Assembly: GCA_918797485.1 (NCBI GenBank)
Contig: CAKKNE010000002.1
Coordinates: forward strand, 682,001 to 746,000
Source: Pelagomonas calceolata
Taxonomy: Eukaryota
DNA: 64,000 nucleotides
Direction of reading: 5' to 3'
The notes below the pieces were generated by a model. It had not been told where the DNA came from and did not search any database. It saw nothing but the letters and a program-made list of their open reading frames with translations. Below, in pieces: positions 9,495 to 21,052 of the stretch. Each line of letters starts with the position of its first letter. The first letter of the stretch is position 1. The position numbers and the translations under genes were made by a program.

Positions 9495-10896
9495 TTACGC
9501 AAACATGTCCAGCGGCTCGTCCGCCTGCTGCTTCTTCGCCTCGGCGATCGCGCTCTTCGCCTTGGCGCGGACCGCCGCGACCTTGGCCGCGTCGACCCAC
9601 GGGAACTCGACGACGACCGCGGTGACGTTGTCCGCCGCTGACCTGTGGCAATCGACCAGTGAGACACCATCGCGTCGATATTTGATTTTCACACCGCCGC
9701 GACTTGGCGAACGCCTCGCGCACAATCCGCCGCGCACTTTCTTCGGGCTTGCCGAAGTTCTCGACGGCTAGGCTGACGATGGCGCCGTCGTCCAGCACGT
9801 CCGTGACGCCGTCGCAGACGACGACCGCCAACAAATCATCATCTTCCAGAGGAAGGACGCGGACGTCCGGCGCCGCGCTCAATACAGCCGTCGGCCTTTT
9901 GAGTTGCCTATCACCAATAGACCGCGCCACGCTCAAATACAGGGACTTGTTGCGCCGGTCCACCCCGAACCCGACGCCCGCCGCGCTCGTCGCGCGCCAG
10001 ACCCCATTCAAGTCGACCACATACCCACCAGCCTTCTCTATCCTCCGCTTCTCCGTCGCGCTCTCGGGCTTCTGATCTATGGTACCTCGCAAAGCGCCGA
10101 GGCCCCTTGCAATAATAAGTCGCGAGTCGCCCAGGTTCACCGTGACGAGCTTGCGCGCGTGCTCTAATAGTAATCCAGCGCAGACGCAAGAACCGTCGTC
10201 CCACTTCCGCCGGTCCGCCTCGGCCAGGAACGCGTCGTCCAGCTCGAGGAAGGCCCGCTCGATCGCCGGCCGCCACCGCGCGTCGTCTATGTTGACGGTC
10301 GCGGCGGCCGCCGCTTTTGCCCCAGCCTCTCGCAGCGCTTCGGCCCGCTGCTTCGCGGCCTTTTCCACCGTTGACAACGCCGCCCCGGCGTCGCGGCCGC
10401 CTTTTCGTTTTTTGGACGCTTTATCCAACCACCGCCTCCGATTCGTGAGCGCGTCCCGCAGCTCCGCGAGCTCCGGCGACCCGTAGCCGACTGCCCTCAA
10501 TTCCTCGATGCGCGCATCGGCCTCCTTCGCCGCGTTCTCGATGGCCCGCAGTTCCTCCTTTTCGCGCACGGAGGGGAGCACTGGACCAGTGGTGGATGTG
10601 CCCTCGGCGAGCTTGCGCCGCTTGGCCGTCTCGCGCGCGTCCCCCAAGCGCTCCTCGAAGCCCGGGATCGTCTCTCCAATGGTACGCTCGACGGCGCTGC
10701 CGAGATTTGCCTGCACGTAGTCTGCCGCGTGCTCTCCCCCATGCCCGTCGTAGACGCCGAACCACAAACCCAACCCGCCGAGGTGTTTCGCATCCACGCG
10801 GTCCTCGTAGTGGTCCTTCAACCCCTTGAAGCCGTAGGAGCCGTGGCTGATGCGCGCGAGCTGGGCGGCTGCCGCGGCGTCGGGCTGCTGGGCCAT
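9495..10896 (-). CDS. PP2C/PPM protein phosphatase; intron 9643-9703
   Basis: Motifs EDR, FGVYDGHGG, VNLGDSR, LSVARSIGD and CDGVTD. Splicing restores the terminal ADNVTAVVV motif. Confidence 0.9.
9643..9703. mobile_element. Degenerate introner-derived intron in PP2C
   Basis: CTGTGGCAATCGACCAGTGAG ... TTTGATTTTCACAC matches the family ends, and removal restores the frame. Confidence 0.7.
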
Positions 10897-11020
10897 CCTT
10901 GTTTGTTGTAGTTGCGGCAGCGGCAGCGCTGCTGTGGCAGGAGTGTAACTACGTGCGCAAATCAATTTCTAAGCGCCCCGCGATGCGTTTTTGTCGCAGC
11001 TTTTTGCAGCGGCTTTGCTC

Positions 11021-11045
11021 GCTAGTGTCTTAACAGCACGCTAGC
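11021..11045 (+). promoter_or_regulatory. CTAG dyad intergenic element
   Basis: GCTAGTGTCTTAACAGCACGCTAGC, between divergent ATGs 10896/11359. Confidence 0.7.
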
Positions 11046-11358
11046 CTCGCATTTTGCGCGCGCACCCAAGGAGACGCGATACACTGCACATAGCAGCGTC
11101 TGACTAAGTCCAAACAAGCCTCGCTGGACGCGCGTTGCATCTTGCAGCGAGAGACGCAGCGGTGAGGCACCCACAACAAACAAACAAGTGGCGCGCGCCG
11201 CATCCACGAGACAGGATGCGCGTCGCAGCAATGGATGATGCTCGCGCGGGCACACACACACGTCGTCGTCGCCGCGGCGCGCACCGTAAAGTGCCGACGC
11301 ACGCACACCAGGGCCGAGCGGCGACCGGAAACGACGCGTCACGCAGGCACACGCAACC

Positions 11359-11991
11359 ATGGCCGACGACGGCAAGGAGCCCAAGGACGACCCCTTCGCG
11401 GACGACGACGACGACGACGATGAAGAGGTAGGTGCCGCCGAGGGCGAGGAAGATTCATCAAAGAAGGGCGTGCCGATGGTCGGGGACGTCACGCTCCAGG
11501 ACGGCCGCCTCTTCTGGGCGGGGTTGTGGGCCGACTCGGAAGCGGACCTCGCGGCGGGCAAGGGCAAGAAGTTCAAATATGGCGGCCCCGAGGGCCAGAC
11601 CGCGGCCGCCCTGACTCAAATGCCGTCGGGCGAGTGGCACGGCTACTTCTTCAACCCCGGCGACGAGGGCGACACGAAGTGCAAGGAGAAGGGCGTCAAG
11701 CTCAAGTTCGACGGTGATAAAGCGAGGGGCGGCGGCGAGAACCAGTTCGGCGAATTTTCTCTGAAGGGTTCCTACGACGCCTCGACCAAAAAGATGACGC
11801 TGCGCAAGGCGTACCTCTACCAGGATGATGATGATGACGACGACGAAATTGTGGATGCGGAGCCCGAGGACGTCGCCGCCGAGATCGCGGGGCTGGAAGG
11901 AGACGCGGAGATCCCCATCGAGGAGCTCCGCAAGCGCATGGCCGCCTTCGAGGAGGAGGAGCGGAAGGCCAAGGCTGCGAAGACCGCCTAA
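11359..11991 (+). CDS. Acidic hypothetical protein
   Basis: Clean 210-aa ATG ORF with strong GC3 bias and D/E-rich ends. Confidence 0.75.
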   Translation: MADDGKEPKDDPFADDDDDDDEEVGAAEGEEDSSKKGVPMVGDVTLQDGRLFWAGLWADSEADLAAGKGKKFKYGGPEGQTAAALTQMPSGEWHGYFFNPGDEGDTKCKEKGVKLKFDGDKARGGGENQFGEFSLKGSYDASTKKMTLRKAYLYQDDDDDDDEIVDAEPEDVAAEIAGLEGDAEIPIEELRKRMAAFEEEERKAKAAKTA

Positions 11992-11996
11992 GTATC

Positions 11997-12758
11997 CTAT
12001 GTATTATCCGCCTGGCCCGCGGCGATGGCGTTCGCGTCCGCCTCCCTCAAGTCCTCTATACTAATCTTCTCGCTATCGAAGAACTTGTCCCTCTGTCCCG
12101 CCTGGATCACGGGCCGCCGCATATTGAGAAGGACGTGGGGCTGCGGCTTCGGTGTTGATTGGTCGCCGACGCGCGCGCCGCGCCTTGCAAAGGCGTCGTC
12201 GGGGTCCTCGCCGGGGGACACGGGCATGCCGATGTCGACACACAATCGTAGCACGTCGGCCACCTCCCGCATGGACACGGGCCGGACGACCGCGACCGTC
12301 GCGTCAAGCGTTCCGCCCCATTCTTCCCTAAAGTTGGTCCGCCCCGCCGACGCCTCCGTCGCGACGTGTTCCTTACCGAGCCGCGCCCGCAGTTTATCGA
12401 TGAGGTCGTCGTAGTTCTTCGCCTCCTCCTCCTCCACTGCTTCCTTCGGCTCCTCGTACCGCATAAAAAAGGACTTCCTACCTCCACCTTGATCACCCTT
12501 GTGGACCTTGACGCGGTTGTCAAAGGCGAGCGGCGGCGTGAACGGCCCTTCCCTTGAATCCTTGCCCGCCATTCTACGCGCGGCGCGCGACTCGAAGTTT
12601 TGTCTTGAGCCGACGGTCGGCGCCGGGCCGTCGCGCGGCGGCAGTCTGTGCTTGATTGTTTCTTTGGGCATCGTCTCGCCGTCGCCTCGACGGCTCCAGA
12701 CCTTTGCGATCTGTGGTGGAGCGTCCTCTCCATCGTCGTCGTCTCTCGGCCTCGGCAT
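11997..12758 (-). CDS. Hypothetical protein with partial FAD-binding (PCMH-type)-like segment
   Basis: AVVRPVSMREVADVLRLCVDIGMPV resembles the N-terminal part of FAD_binding_4, but the rest of the domain is not evident. Confidence 0.6.
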   Translation of the reverse strand: MPRPRDDDDGEDAPPQIAKVWSRRGDGETMPKETIKHRLPPRDGPAPTVGSRQNFESRAARRMAGKDSREGPFTPPLAFDNRVKVHKGDQGGGRKSFFMRYEEPKEAVEEEEAKNYDDLIDKLRARLGKEHVATEASAGRTNFREEWGGTLDATVAVVRPVSMREVADVLRLCVDIGMPVSPGEDPDDAFARRGARVGDQSTPKPQPHVLLNMRRPVIQAGQRDKFFDSEKISIEDLREADANAIAAGQADNT

Positions 12759-12880
12759 CGTCTAGGGCTGCCCTTTTTTGCGCAGCGGTCGCGCGACCCG
12801 TCGAGTGTGTCACCACTGGGCGTCTGCTGGGACGCAGCGGTCACCAATGGGCGTCTTTGACTGCAGCGCTGCCAGATCGA

Positions 12881-12904
12881 GCTAGCGGCATGTAACACAC
12901 TAGC
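12881..12904 (-). promoter_or_regulatory. CTAG dyad intergenic element
   Basis: GCTAGCGGCATGTAACACACTAGC, between divergent ATGs 12758/13057. Confidence 0.7.
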
Positions 12905-13056
12905 AAGCGCAGCAAACCGGAAAAACAGCATACTAGTAAACGACCAGCATCGCAGCTTTTCAAGCATTTCGAGACTCAAGACAGCCGCCTGCTTGTGCCT
13001 TGCAACTCGCGAGCCCTCCCACATCAGTAGTAGTGCACCAATCAAGGCCTATCAAG

Positions 13057-13923
13057 ATGCTCCTGCTCCGTGCCGCCCGCGGGGCGCGCGCATTGAGCAC
13101 CCGTGCATTGAGCACGGCACCCCAGTTCGACGAAGCCATGGCAAAAGCTTACAACATCGTCGCGGAGAATCACCGACACAAAGACGGCCCTTGGTCCCGA
13201 ATGCGCGATAAGGTGGTCGACGCCGTCGCGGGACGATCAGGCTGCACCATCCTGGATCTCGCGAGCGGGCCGGGAGAACCCGCAGCGACGGTAGCCGAAG
13301 CGCTGCCCGATGCTGTCGTGCTCGCCACGGACGTGGCCGACGCAATGGTCGCGGCCGCCACCAATGCGACGTCGCACCTCTCGAACGTGAAAGTACAGCT
13401 GGCCGACGCCCAAAACCTCGAGGGCATGAGCGACGCATCCTTCGACGTCGTGACCTGCTGCTACGGCTACATGTTTCCCACGGAGAAGGAGACGGCGCTC
13501 GCGGAAACGCTACGCGTGCTGAAACCGGGCGGCACGCTCGTCGCGACGACGTGGGACATCCTTTATATGATGCCGCTCGCGCGAGACGTTATGACGGACG
13601 TGCTCGGTAAGGAGCCGCCGACGCCGGACCTCAACCCCATGTCGCTCGCCGAGGAAGGCTTGTTCCGATCCCTGGTCGAGGGGGCCGGATTCGTGTCCGT
13701 GGAGCAAGCGACATCGACCTATCCGTTCGACCTCGGCACGGACAGATACATGCAGTTCCGCTGCGGTACGCTGCCGCTCAAGCAGAAATTCGACGAGCTC
13801 GACTGCTGGGCCCAGGCCGAGAGTGCCTTCTGGGAGCACGTCCCGAAGTACGCGTCGGTCGAGAACGGTGCGCTCGTCATGCCCGGGAACACGTTCCGCC
13901 TGACGACGGCCCGCAAGCCCTAA
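13057..13923 (+). CDS. Class I SAM-dependent methyltransferase (UbiE-like fold), probably mitochondrial
   Basis: Contains ILDLASGPGEP, DASFDVVTCCYG and LRVLKPGG. Presequence-like start MLLLRAARGARALSTRALS. Confidence 0.85.
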   Translation: MLLLRAARGARALSTRALSTAPQFDEAMAKAYNIVAENHRHKDGPWSRMRDKVVDAVAGRSGCTILDLASGPGEPAATVAEALPDAVVLATDVADAMVAAATNATSHLSNVKVQLADAQNLEGMSDASFDVVTCCYGYMFPTEKETALAETLRVLKPGGTLVATTWDILYMMPLARDVMTDVLGKEPPTPDLNPMSLAEEGLFRSLVEGAGFVSVEQATSTYPFDLGTDRYMQFRCGTLPLKQKFDELDCWAQAESAFWEHVPKYASVENGALVMPGNTFRLTTARKP

Positions 13924-13949
13924 AGACCACTACAATAAGCATAAGTTTA

Positions 13950-15691
13950 TTAATCCTCGTCCCGGCTCCCCAGCAGCGAGCAGATCGTTTTCAGCAACGA
14001 CCGGGGCTGTTTCGCCCGCGGACGACGCGGCGAGGGCGCTACGACGGAGGCCTCCCAGTCGCCCGCGTTTCGTGCTCGTCCTGCGGCCAGGAGCCGCCGG
14101 GCCGAGTACGCCGTCAGCGCGACGACGGCGACGGCGCCGTAGACGCTCGTGAGCATGAGCGGCAGGAACTCGAGGCGGCCGCCCAGCGCGAGGGGCCAGA
14201 CCTCCTTGAGCGCCACGAGGGCCGCCATGGCGCCGCAGTGGAGCCCATCGCCCGGAAACGCGTCCGCGGCGAATGTAGTGCGTAATATCAGCTCCTCGGC
14301 GCCCACGACGAGCAGCTTGGTCACGCCGTCCGCGCCGCCCGGAATCAGGGGCAGCACCGCGAACGTCGCGAGGCGCGCCGCCTGGCGGAAGACGACGACG
14401 TCGCGCGGCCGGCCCTCGAGCGCCAGCAGCGCCAGCGGCATCAGTGCCACGAGCAGGAACTTCTCGTGGACGTGCCAGCCTGTGGTCGGGGTTCATGCTC
14501 GCAGCACGCGGCGATGGCGTGTTTCGGGATGGATGTCGCGTCGATGGCGTCGGGCGCCACCCATATACGCCATCGCCGCGACGCTCTCGCAGTGTGTCGC
14601 GCCGTCGACGCGAAGGGAAGGCAAGGCAAGGGACGCGGGCACCAACCAAAGCAGAAGGCCGCGAGCGCCGCATGCGCCGCGCAGGGGTAGGTCAGGCGCC
14701 GCGCCGCCGCCGCGCTGGACGTGCGCGCCGCGGCGTAGACCGCCGGCAGGCCCGCGAGGACCGTCAGGAGCGCGCAGGCCTTCGGGCCGGGCGCGGGCAG
14801 CACCTCGACGGCCGTCTCGACGAGGCCGCGCGTCGCGCCGGCGCCCGCGCTCCTCCTCAACACCTTCAGCAGGACGCGGTCCGCGAAGACATACAAAGCC
14901 CAGACGTTCGGCGCCCAGTAGCTGTGCACGAGGCCGCGCGCGTCGAAGGGGAAGAGGCGGCCCGCGAGTTCTGTGAAAGCGGCCCCGAGGCGCCCCGCGC
15001 GCCAGGCCGGCACCAACAAAGGCGCCAAACCAACAGCGAGCGCGGCTATCGACGCGCCGGCGAGCTCGAGGAACGCCTTTACAAAATCTTGGCGCGGGCG
15101 CACGTGCGCCGCGACGAAGACGGCGGCGAGGACCGGCGCGAGCGTCAGGAACAGGTGCTTCGCGCAACACAACAACGCGAAGAGCGCGCCCGCCTTGACG
15201 TGGTCGCCCCGCCTTAGCATGAAGAGCGCGTAGACCAGCAAGCCGAGCAGCAGGCCGTTGTATTGGAAATGGACGTGGTCAACGAGCAGGAGCGCTCCCG
15301 AGCCCGCGAAGGCCAATGCGCTTCTAGTGTCGCCCGCCGTCGCGGCCCGTACCGCTGTTCCTAGACTGACGAGCTCCGTGAGGACTACCGTCGCCCGCTG
15401 GAACCTAATGCATGCTACGGACGCGTAGTCGCGCTCCGACTCTTCTACTATTTTTCCATCGACCTTTGCCGCAATTCTAGCGAGGCCGGCCTCATACATC
15501 GCGAAGAGCGGCGGGTAGTCGAGCGTCCACTGGTTCTGTTGAGCTTGGTCGGCGTACCAGCGGCTGGCGTCCCGACTGTGTGTTATTGCGAGCCAGTTAC
15601 GGTGTACGTCAAAGTCCGTTGAAAAATATGATGGGAAGAGGAGCACTTTGAGGCATGCAGCAACAAGCCATACGCGCCAGTAGTGCTGCAT
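13950..15691 (-). CDS. ALG8: Dolichyl-P-Glc alpha-1,3-glucosyltransferase ALG8; intron 14480-14646
   Basis: Contains YFSTDFDVHRNWLAIT, WTLDYPPLFA, DHVHFQYNG and RGLVHSYWAPNVWALY. Splicing restores FGWHVHEK. Confidence 0.9.
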
Positions 15692-15857
15692 TTTGCTTCA
15701 GAGAGTGTTTTTGCTCTCCCTGCGTTATTTGAATTCTCTGCGTTGCGCGGGCCTGCAGCGCGGCTGGTTGCGCTGTTCTATCGATGATTATTGTCTCGAC
15801 CGCTGATTGATGCTGGAGCACGCAGTGGCATCGATCTGCGCCGCGGCGTGGGTGATT

Positions 15858-15881
15858 GCTAGTGTCTTACAGGCCGCTAGC
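15858..15881 (+). promoter_or_regulatory. CTAG dyad intergenic element (consensus copy)
   Basis: GCTAGTGTCTTACAGGCCGCTAGC, between divergent ALG8 and DXR. Confidence 0.75.
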
Positions 15882-16113
15882 GGGTTCCAACCCGTTTTTT
15901 GTTAAGGCAGTCTTCTCTTCTGGATCTCGAGGGGTGGACCAGAAGAGGGCTGCGCCCTCGAGCTAGCGTACAGGAGCTCTAGTCATGGCATTGCAGCATC
16001 ATCACCTCGAAGCTCAGCGGATCGGTTGCTCACAGGGCATACCACTCGACATAGAGTGTGTATCCCTGCAAGCTCGCACTATCGACGTGCAGCAGCAATA
16101 GACGCGCTTAATA

Positions 16114-17562
16114 ATGAGGACCCTAGCTTTGATATCGACAGCCTCAGCACTGCTGCACAGCCAGGCGCCGCTGCGCAGCTCGACGCCGCTGGGTGCGATC
16201 GACATCACGAACCGCGGCTACGTCCGGATAGACACGGAGAAGGAGACGGTCGCGCACCCGAAGGCCGCGCCGGTCCTCGACGAGGTCTCGCTGCGCAAGT
16301 GCGTGGACGAGGCCGTGCAGGACGCGGACTGGCACCGGCCCATCTCCGTGCTCGGCTCGACGGGCTCCATCGGCACGCAGACCTTGGATTTTTGTCGCGC
16401 GCGGCCCGACCGGTTCTCGGTCATCGCGCTCTGCGCGGGCGCCAACTACAAGCTCCTCGCGACGCAGGTCGCCGAGTTCCGGCGGACCGTGACGACCGTC
16501 GGCATCTCCGACGGGTCCAAGCTCGAACCCCTGAAGGAGGCTTTGAAGGCTGCGGGCGTCGACTGCGCTTCCCTAGAAATCTACGGCGGCGCCGACGCCG
16601 CGACGGCCTGCGCCACGGCGCAGGGCGCCGATGTTGTGGTGACGGGCGTCGTGGGCACCGCGGGGTTACCGCCGACGGTGGCCGCCATCGAGGCCGGGAA
16701 AGACATCGCCCTCGCGAACAAGGAGACTCTGATTGCCGGCGGCCCGGCCATCCTCCCGTTACTCAAAAAGCACGGAACGGCCATGACGCCCGCCGATAGT
16801 GAACACAGCGCCATCTTCCAGGCCCTGCAGGGCGTGCCGCCGAACGGCATGCGGAAAGTAATACTGACCGCAAGCGGCGGCGCCTTCCGCGACCTCACGG
16901 CCGCGGAGCTCGCCGACAAGTGCGAAAACGAGGCCGAGTGGGTGCGCGCGAAAGCGACGACGCACCCGAACTGGGACATGGGCGCCAAAATTACTGTAGA
17001 TAGTGCTACGATGATGAACAAGGGCCTGGAGGTGATTGAAGCGCATTATTTGTTTGGCGCGGATTATGATGACATTGATGTGGTGGTGCACCCGCAGTCG
17101 ATCATCCACAGCGCGATCGAGACGCAGGACAACTCCGTGATTGCCCAGCTGGGCTGGCCGGACATGCGGTTACCTTTACTGTACAGCGTGAGCTGGCCGC
17201 ACCGCGTGCGCATGCCCCAGGACCAGTGGGAGCCGTGCTTCGATCTGGTCGAGTTGGGGAGCATGACGTTCAAGGGTCCCGACAACGACAAGTATCCCTG
17301 CATCGGCTTAGCGTACGCCGCGGGCCGCGTCGGCGGCACGATGACGGGGTGCCTCAACGCGGCGAACGAGATGGCGAACGAGATGTTCCGCGAGGGCGCC
17401 TTCGAGTACCTCGACATCCCGCGCGTCATCGAGGCGGCCATGGAGGCGCACAAGGCGGACTTTATTCAAGAACCGTCGTTGGACGAAATCATCGAGGTCG
17501 ACCTCTGGGCGCGGCGGTTCGTGAAGGACTTCGCGTCGGCGAAGAAGGAGGTCTTCGCGTAG
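16114..17562 (+). CDS. DXR: 1-deoxy-D-xylulose-5-phosphate reductoisomerase, plastid-targeted
   Basis: Contains [61 protein letters not shown] and HPQSIIHS, with a signal+transit leader. Confidence 0.98.
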   Translation: MRTLALISTASALLHSQAPLRSSTPLGAIDITNRGYVRIDTEKETVAHPKAAPVLDEVSLRKCVDEAVQDADWHRPISVLGSTGSIGTQTLDFCRARPDRFSVIALCAGANYKLLATQVAEFRRTVTTVGISDGSKLEPLKEALKAAGVDCASLEIYGGADAATACATAQGADVVVTGVVGTAGLPPTVAAIEAGKDIALANKETLIAGGPAILPLLKKHGTAMTPADSEHSAIFQALQGVPPNGMRKVILTASGGAFRDLTAAELADKCENEAEWVRAKATTHPNWDMGAKITVDSATMMNKGLEVIEAHYLFGADYDDIDVVVHPQSIIHSAIETQDNSVIAQLGWPDMRLPLLYSVSWPHRVRMPQDQWEPCFDLVELGSMTFKGPDNDKYPCIGLAYAAGRVGGTMTGCLNAANEMANEMFREGAFEYLDIPRVIEAAMEAHKADFIQEPSLDEIIEVDLWARRFVKDFASAKKEVFA

Positions 17563-17623
17563 GGTTGGCGGGTAAAGTTCGCGTTCGGGAATTACTACTC
17601 CGTTCGGAGATATATATATACAA

Positions 17624-19465
17624 TTAGGCCTCGCGCGCGCCGTCCTCGGAGGAGGAGTCCTCCTCGTCGTCGTCGTCGTCCCCCGAGGAGCTGCCCGTTT
17701 CCGGATCTCCTCCCGGTGGCATCATCACCGCCGGCGGCGGCTGCATAGCGAATGTCCCGTTCGGAAGTTCGGTGAATCGGCCGTTTTCCAAAAGGGCCTC
17801 GAGCGTGGAACGTTCGATGAGCACGCGCTCCCGACGACCACCAACTTGCAGGACGATCTCGACCTCGTCGTCGTCGTCGCTGCCGTAGCCGTCGGGCGTG
17901 CCGTAGCTCGCGAGGTCCCCGTGCGCCAGGACCCACATGTCGTCGAAGTGACGGTCGACTTGCCAGCCGCCGAATATAACGAGTAGCGGGCGCCATGGGT
18001 AGAGGGAGCAGGAAGCATGAAACTTGCGCGGCGTCGGCGTCGTTTCGCCACCACCGAGGTCCTGCAGCGCGACGGTGGCCGGCGACGAAACGCTGCGCGT
18101 GAGTCCAGCAGCTAATCGAGAGAGTGCCCGGCGGGCCAGTCCGCGGCGCTCCGTCTCCGCCGCCTGAGCGCTCGCCGCCGCCTGTGTCATCTCCGCCGTC
18201 ACCGCCGCGTCGACGACCGCGGCGAGGTCTAGAACGCAGACAGCCGGGTCCGGGTTGTCGCCGCCGCCGTACAGTAAAACGCAGTCCTTGGAAACGCGGC
18301 AGGCCGTGTGGTGGCGACCCGGCGCGCACGATTCGTGAGCGAGTTGTACTGTCGGGAGAAAGGGATCACGGTAAACGTCCCCCAGAGTGTGCAAATCTAG
18401 CACTTGGGCCACGCTGTGCTCCTGGCAGCGCGCGGGATCGTCAAGGATGCTCCCAGTTCCCCCGCCGACGAACACGATGTACGCGCCGCCGCCGCGCTCG
18501 ACGAGAGCGGCTGAGTGGCCGTGTGTCGGCAGACCGCGACCGTGCGTCGGCAGATCGAACCACTTCCAGGACTTGACGCAGAGCACCTGCGGAGCTGCCA
18601 ACTCTCTTCCGTTTTCGGTGTGGCCGCCATAGAAGACCACGGCCCCCTCCGGGAAATTTAGCGCCTCCGCAAAGCAGCGCGCGGGCACGTATGTCGCCGT
18701 GTGGGCGCAGCGCCGAGTCGGCGTCGACCCGGAGGCCTCGGGTCGCACCCAATGCACGCGCGGGGCCTCGTCTCCACCGAGATCCGCCAGCACACCGACG
18801 GCCAAGCTTTCATGCTCGTGCCTATAGCCACCGAGTCCGCCGCCGAAGGCCAGGATCAGGTGCGCGCGGTCGCCGGCCCGCAGAAACCCCGCGGGCGCGA
18901 GCGAGGCGACAAGCGCCTGAGACGGCGCCGCGCCGCCGCCGGGCAGCCAGAGCGGCGTCAGCGATTGCGCGCCGCCAGGATGCGCCGGGGCACCAGACGA
19001 CGGGCAGAGCCGGAAGCGCGGCTCCGCTTCGGCGCCCCGCGCGAAGGCTTCGTAGGCATCCGCGCTGCTCACTTCCAAGTCCGTCTGGGGTCCGCGCCCA
19101 GTCCAGCCGCCGTAGTTGTAGATGTGCCGGCCGTCCGGCGAGATGAACATTTGCGGCGCGGCCACGCGGTCGCCCAGCCCGTGCGCGCGCGTCGGACCTG
19201 CGGCCCACCGCGCCGCGCTCGGACCGACCTTACACCGAGCGTAAGCGGCGCGCCAGCTCGGCTCGTCGTTGGCATCCCAGCGGCCGACGCAGAAATCCAG
19301 CTTCGTTTTGAGGTGCCACCAGCGCTCGTCCTGCAGGGCGCGCCACCGCTTGATCGCGCCGCCCGCGCCGCAGCAGTCGGGGCCTTCCAGGAACACCATG
19401 ACATGGCGCTGCAGGTCATCCGCGAGGGTGGCTATGTAGCATGGATTCGTCGTGTTCTCCGTCAT
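17624..19465 (-). CDS. F-box-like plus kelch-repeat protein
   Basis: F-box-like IATLADDLQRHVMVFL, then repeated YGGW/FGGG/RCAHTA/GRHHTA/PRKFHAS kelch motifs. Confidence 0.75.
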   Translation of the reverse strand: MTENTTNPCYIATLADDLQRHVMVFLEGPDCCGAGGAIKRWRALQDERWWHLKTKLDFCVGRWDANDEPSWRAAYARCKVGPSAARWAAGPTRAHGLGDRVAAPQMFISPDGRHIYNYGGWTGRGPQTDLEVSSADAYEAFARGAEAEPRFRLCPSSGAPAHPGGAQSLTPLWLPGGGAAPSQALVASLAPAGFLRAGDRAHLILAFGGGLGGYRHEHESLAVGVLADLGGDEAPRVHWVRPEASGSTPTRRCAHTATYVPARCFAEALNFPEGAVVFYGGHTENGRELAAPQVLCVKSWKWFDLPTHGRGLPTHGHSAALVERGGGAYIVFVGGGTGSILDDPARCQEHSVAQVLDLHTLGDVYRDPFLPTVQLAHESCAPGRHHTACRVSKDCVLLYGGGDNPDPAVCVLDLAAVVDAAVTAEMTQAAASAQAAETERRGLARRALSRLAAGLTRSVSSPATVALQDLGGGETTPTPRKFHASCSLYPWRPLLVIFGGWQVDRHFDDMWVLAHGDLASYGTPDGYGSDDDDEVEIVLQVGGRRERVLIERSTLEALLENGRFTELPNGTFAMQPPPAVMMPPGGDPETGSSSGDDDDDEEDSSSEDGAREA

Positions 19466-19624
19466 TTGAGTGTTGGTTGTAGCTGGTTGGGAGAGCTGCG
19501 GAGGTTTTTTGGCCTGGCTTAGCGGCGGTGCCAAGAAATTCGATAACGCGCGTTGTTCTTCGCCACGCGTTGTGTACGCTTGCCTGAGCTCAGCGAGGTG
19601 CTCTCACAGCTTTCTAGTAGGATG

Positions 19625-19648
19625 CCTAGTGTCTTACAGACCGCTAGC
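19625..19648 (+). promoter_or_regulatory. CTAG dyad intergenic element
   Basis: CCTAGTGTCTTACAGACCGCTAGC, between divergent ATGs 19465/19822. Confidence 0.75.
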
Positions 19649-19821
19649 TATTATCGGCGTCGGCTTTGTGGGGCACGCTATTACTTGTAGCTAGCAAATA
19701 ACTGGAGTCGCTGCACGTCCGCGAGCGCTTTACCTGTTTCTGTCTCGCGCTTGAAATCAAAAGCTTGGGCTCTCGATTGTTTTCTCCTCATAATAGCAAA
19801 AGGATCGGCAAAACAGGTCGC

Positions 19822-21003
19822 ATGCCACGCAAAAAAAAACCACCGCCACGCATCATTGATGAGTTCGGTAGCCTTATTGCATCATTGGTCGCGAGATATC
19901 TCGACAGCCTAATAGCCGTGCGCCTGCTGCGCAAGACCGCGAAGCGCTGCAGCCCCGCGGGCGCGCTCCGGCTGTGGACGTTCGACTGCTGCAATGAGCA
20001 ACAAGCGAACGAGCTCGCGTCGGAGGTGGATAGAGACGCGGTCATCGTCGTGCGCGTGCACTGGAGTCTTCAATCTGGGGTCCAACCAGGATCACACGTT
20101 ATAGTGAACATGAGCCCGTTCCCAGACGGGTACTTCCGTCACTGCGAATCGATCTGCCTCGTCGGATTCCCACGATACCTCGAAGCCGCGGTTGTCGACG
20201 CCGGCACTGGGAGTTCAATTCGTTTCATGCCTCATGGCAACGCTCTCACCGCGCGCGACGGCTGGGCTGCCGTCTTTGCGGAAGCCCCCGCGGCGCAGGG
20301 CGTGACTCGTCGCTTCCGCCTACGAGTAAACGACGTGTCGAGGACATTCTTCAGCACATTCGAGGACGGCCGGCACGGATCGTCCAATTTCTGCGAACTC
20401 GACGATGGCGGTGCGCCGGTCGACGTGCGCCTCGACTGGCTGCCGGTCCTGCCCGCGTCGCGGTTTCGCGTCGAGACCCGCGACGACCGCGCCGCGTTCG
20501 TCTTCGACCGCTCCTTGACGCGCGGCATGGCCGCGGAGGACGCCATCATGTCGCCGCGCACCGTCTTCGGGACCCTGTCGGTGCTGGTCTTCCCGGCGGG
20601 TCGGAACATTGGCGGGTCGGCTAAAGTGTTCCTCCGTCTCATGACGTACGACGACCCCCGGGACCGGGACCGCTGGCGCCACTTCGACGTCGCCGTCGAG
20701 GGCCGACGCGTTGGTACGATCTCGAACTCGTTTCGTATGAATAGAGAGCTTGCTGGACTCAACGTGGGCCTGTCCGAAGAGCTCTTCCCGCGAAGCCGCC
20801 CGGGCGGCCAGATCGTCGTAGAGATCACTGAGCGTCCCGCGACATTGGGGCTGTGTGATTGGATTTGCGGCGCCTGTGGGAAGTTGCATCAAGATCCTAC
20901 GCAACCTCCTGAGTTCTTCCACGGTGACCTATCGGGCCATCGCTGCAACGCGTGCCGGGCCCCGCTCAACTTGAGCATCCTGGCTCTCCATGCCACCCAG
21001 TAA
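19822..21003 (+). CDS. Hypothetical protein with C-terminal CxxC...CxxC zinc-finger-like motif
   Basis: Long ORF containing DWICGACG...RCNACRAP. Confidence 0.6.
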   Translation: MPRKKKPPPRIIDEFGSLIASLVARYLDSLIAVRLLRKTAKRCSPAGALRLWTFDCCNEQQANELASEVDRDAVIVVRVHWSLQSGVQPGSHVIVNMSPFPDGYFRHCESICLVGFPRYLEAAVVDAGTGSSIRFMPHGNALTARDGWAAVFAEAPAAQGVTRRFRLRVNDVSRTFFSTFEDGRHGSSNFCELDDGGAPVDVRLDWLPVLPASRFRVETRDDRAAFVFDRSLTRGMAAEDAIMSPRTVFGTLSVLVFPAGRNIGGSAKVFLRLMTYDDPRDRDRWRHFDVAVEGRRVGTISNSFRMNRELAGLNVGLSEELFPRSRPGGQIVVEITERPATLGLCDWICGACGKLHQDPTQPPEFFHGDLSGHRCNACRAPLNLSILALHATQ

Positions 21004-21052
21004 TTCTTTTGGAATTTTGCAAGCCACAGTACCACAAACTTACGCTCGAAAC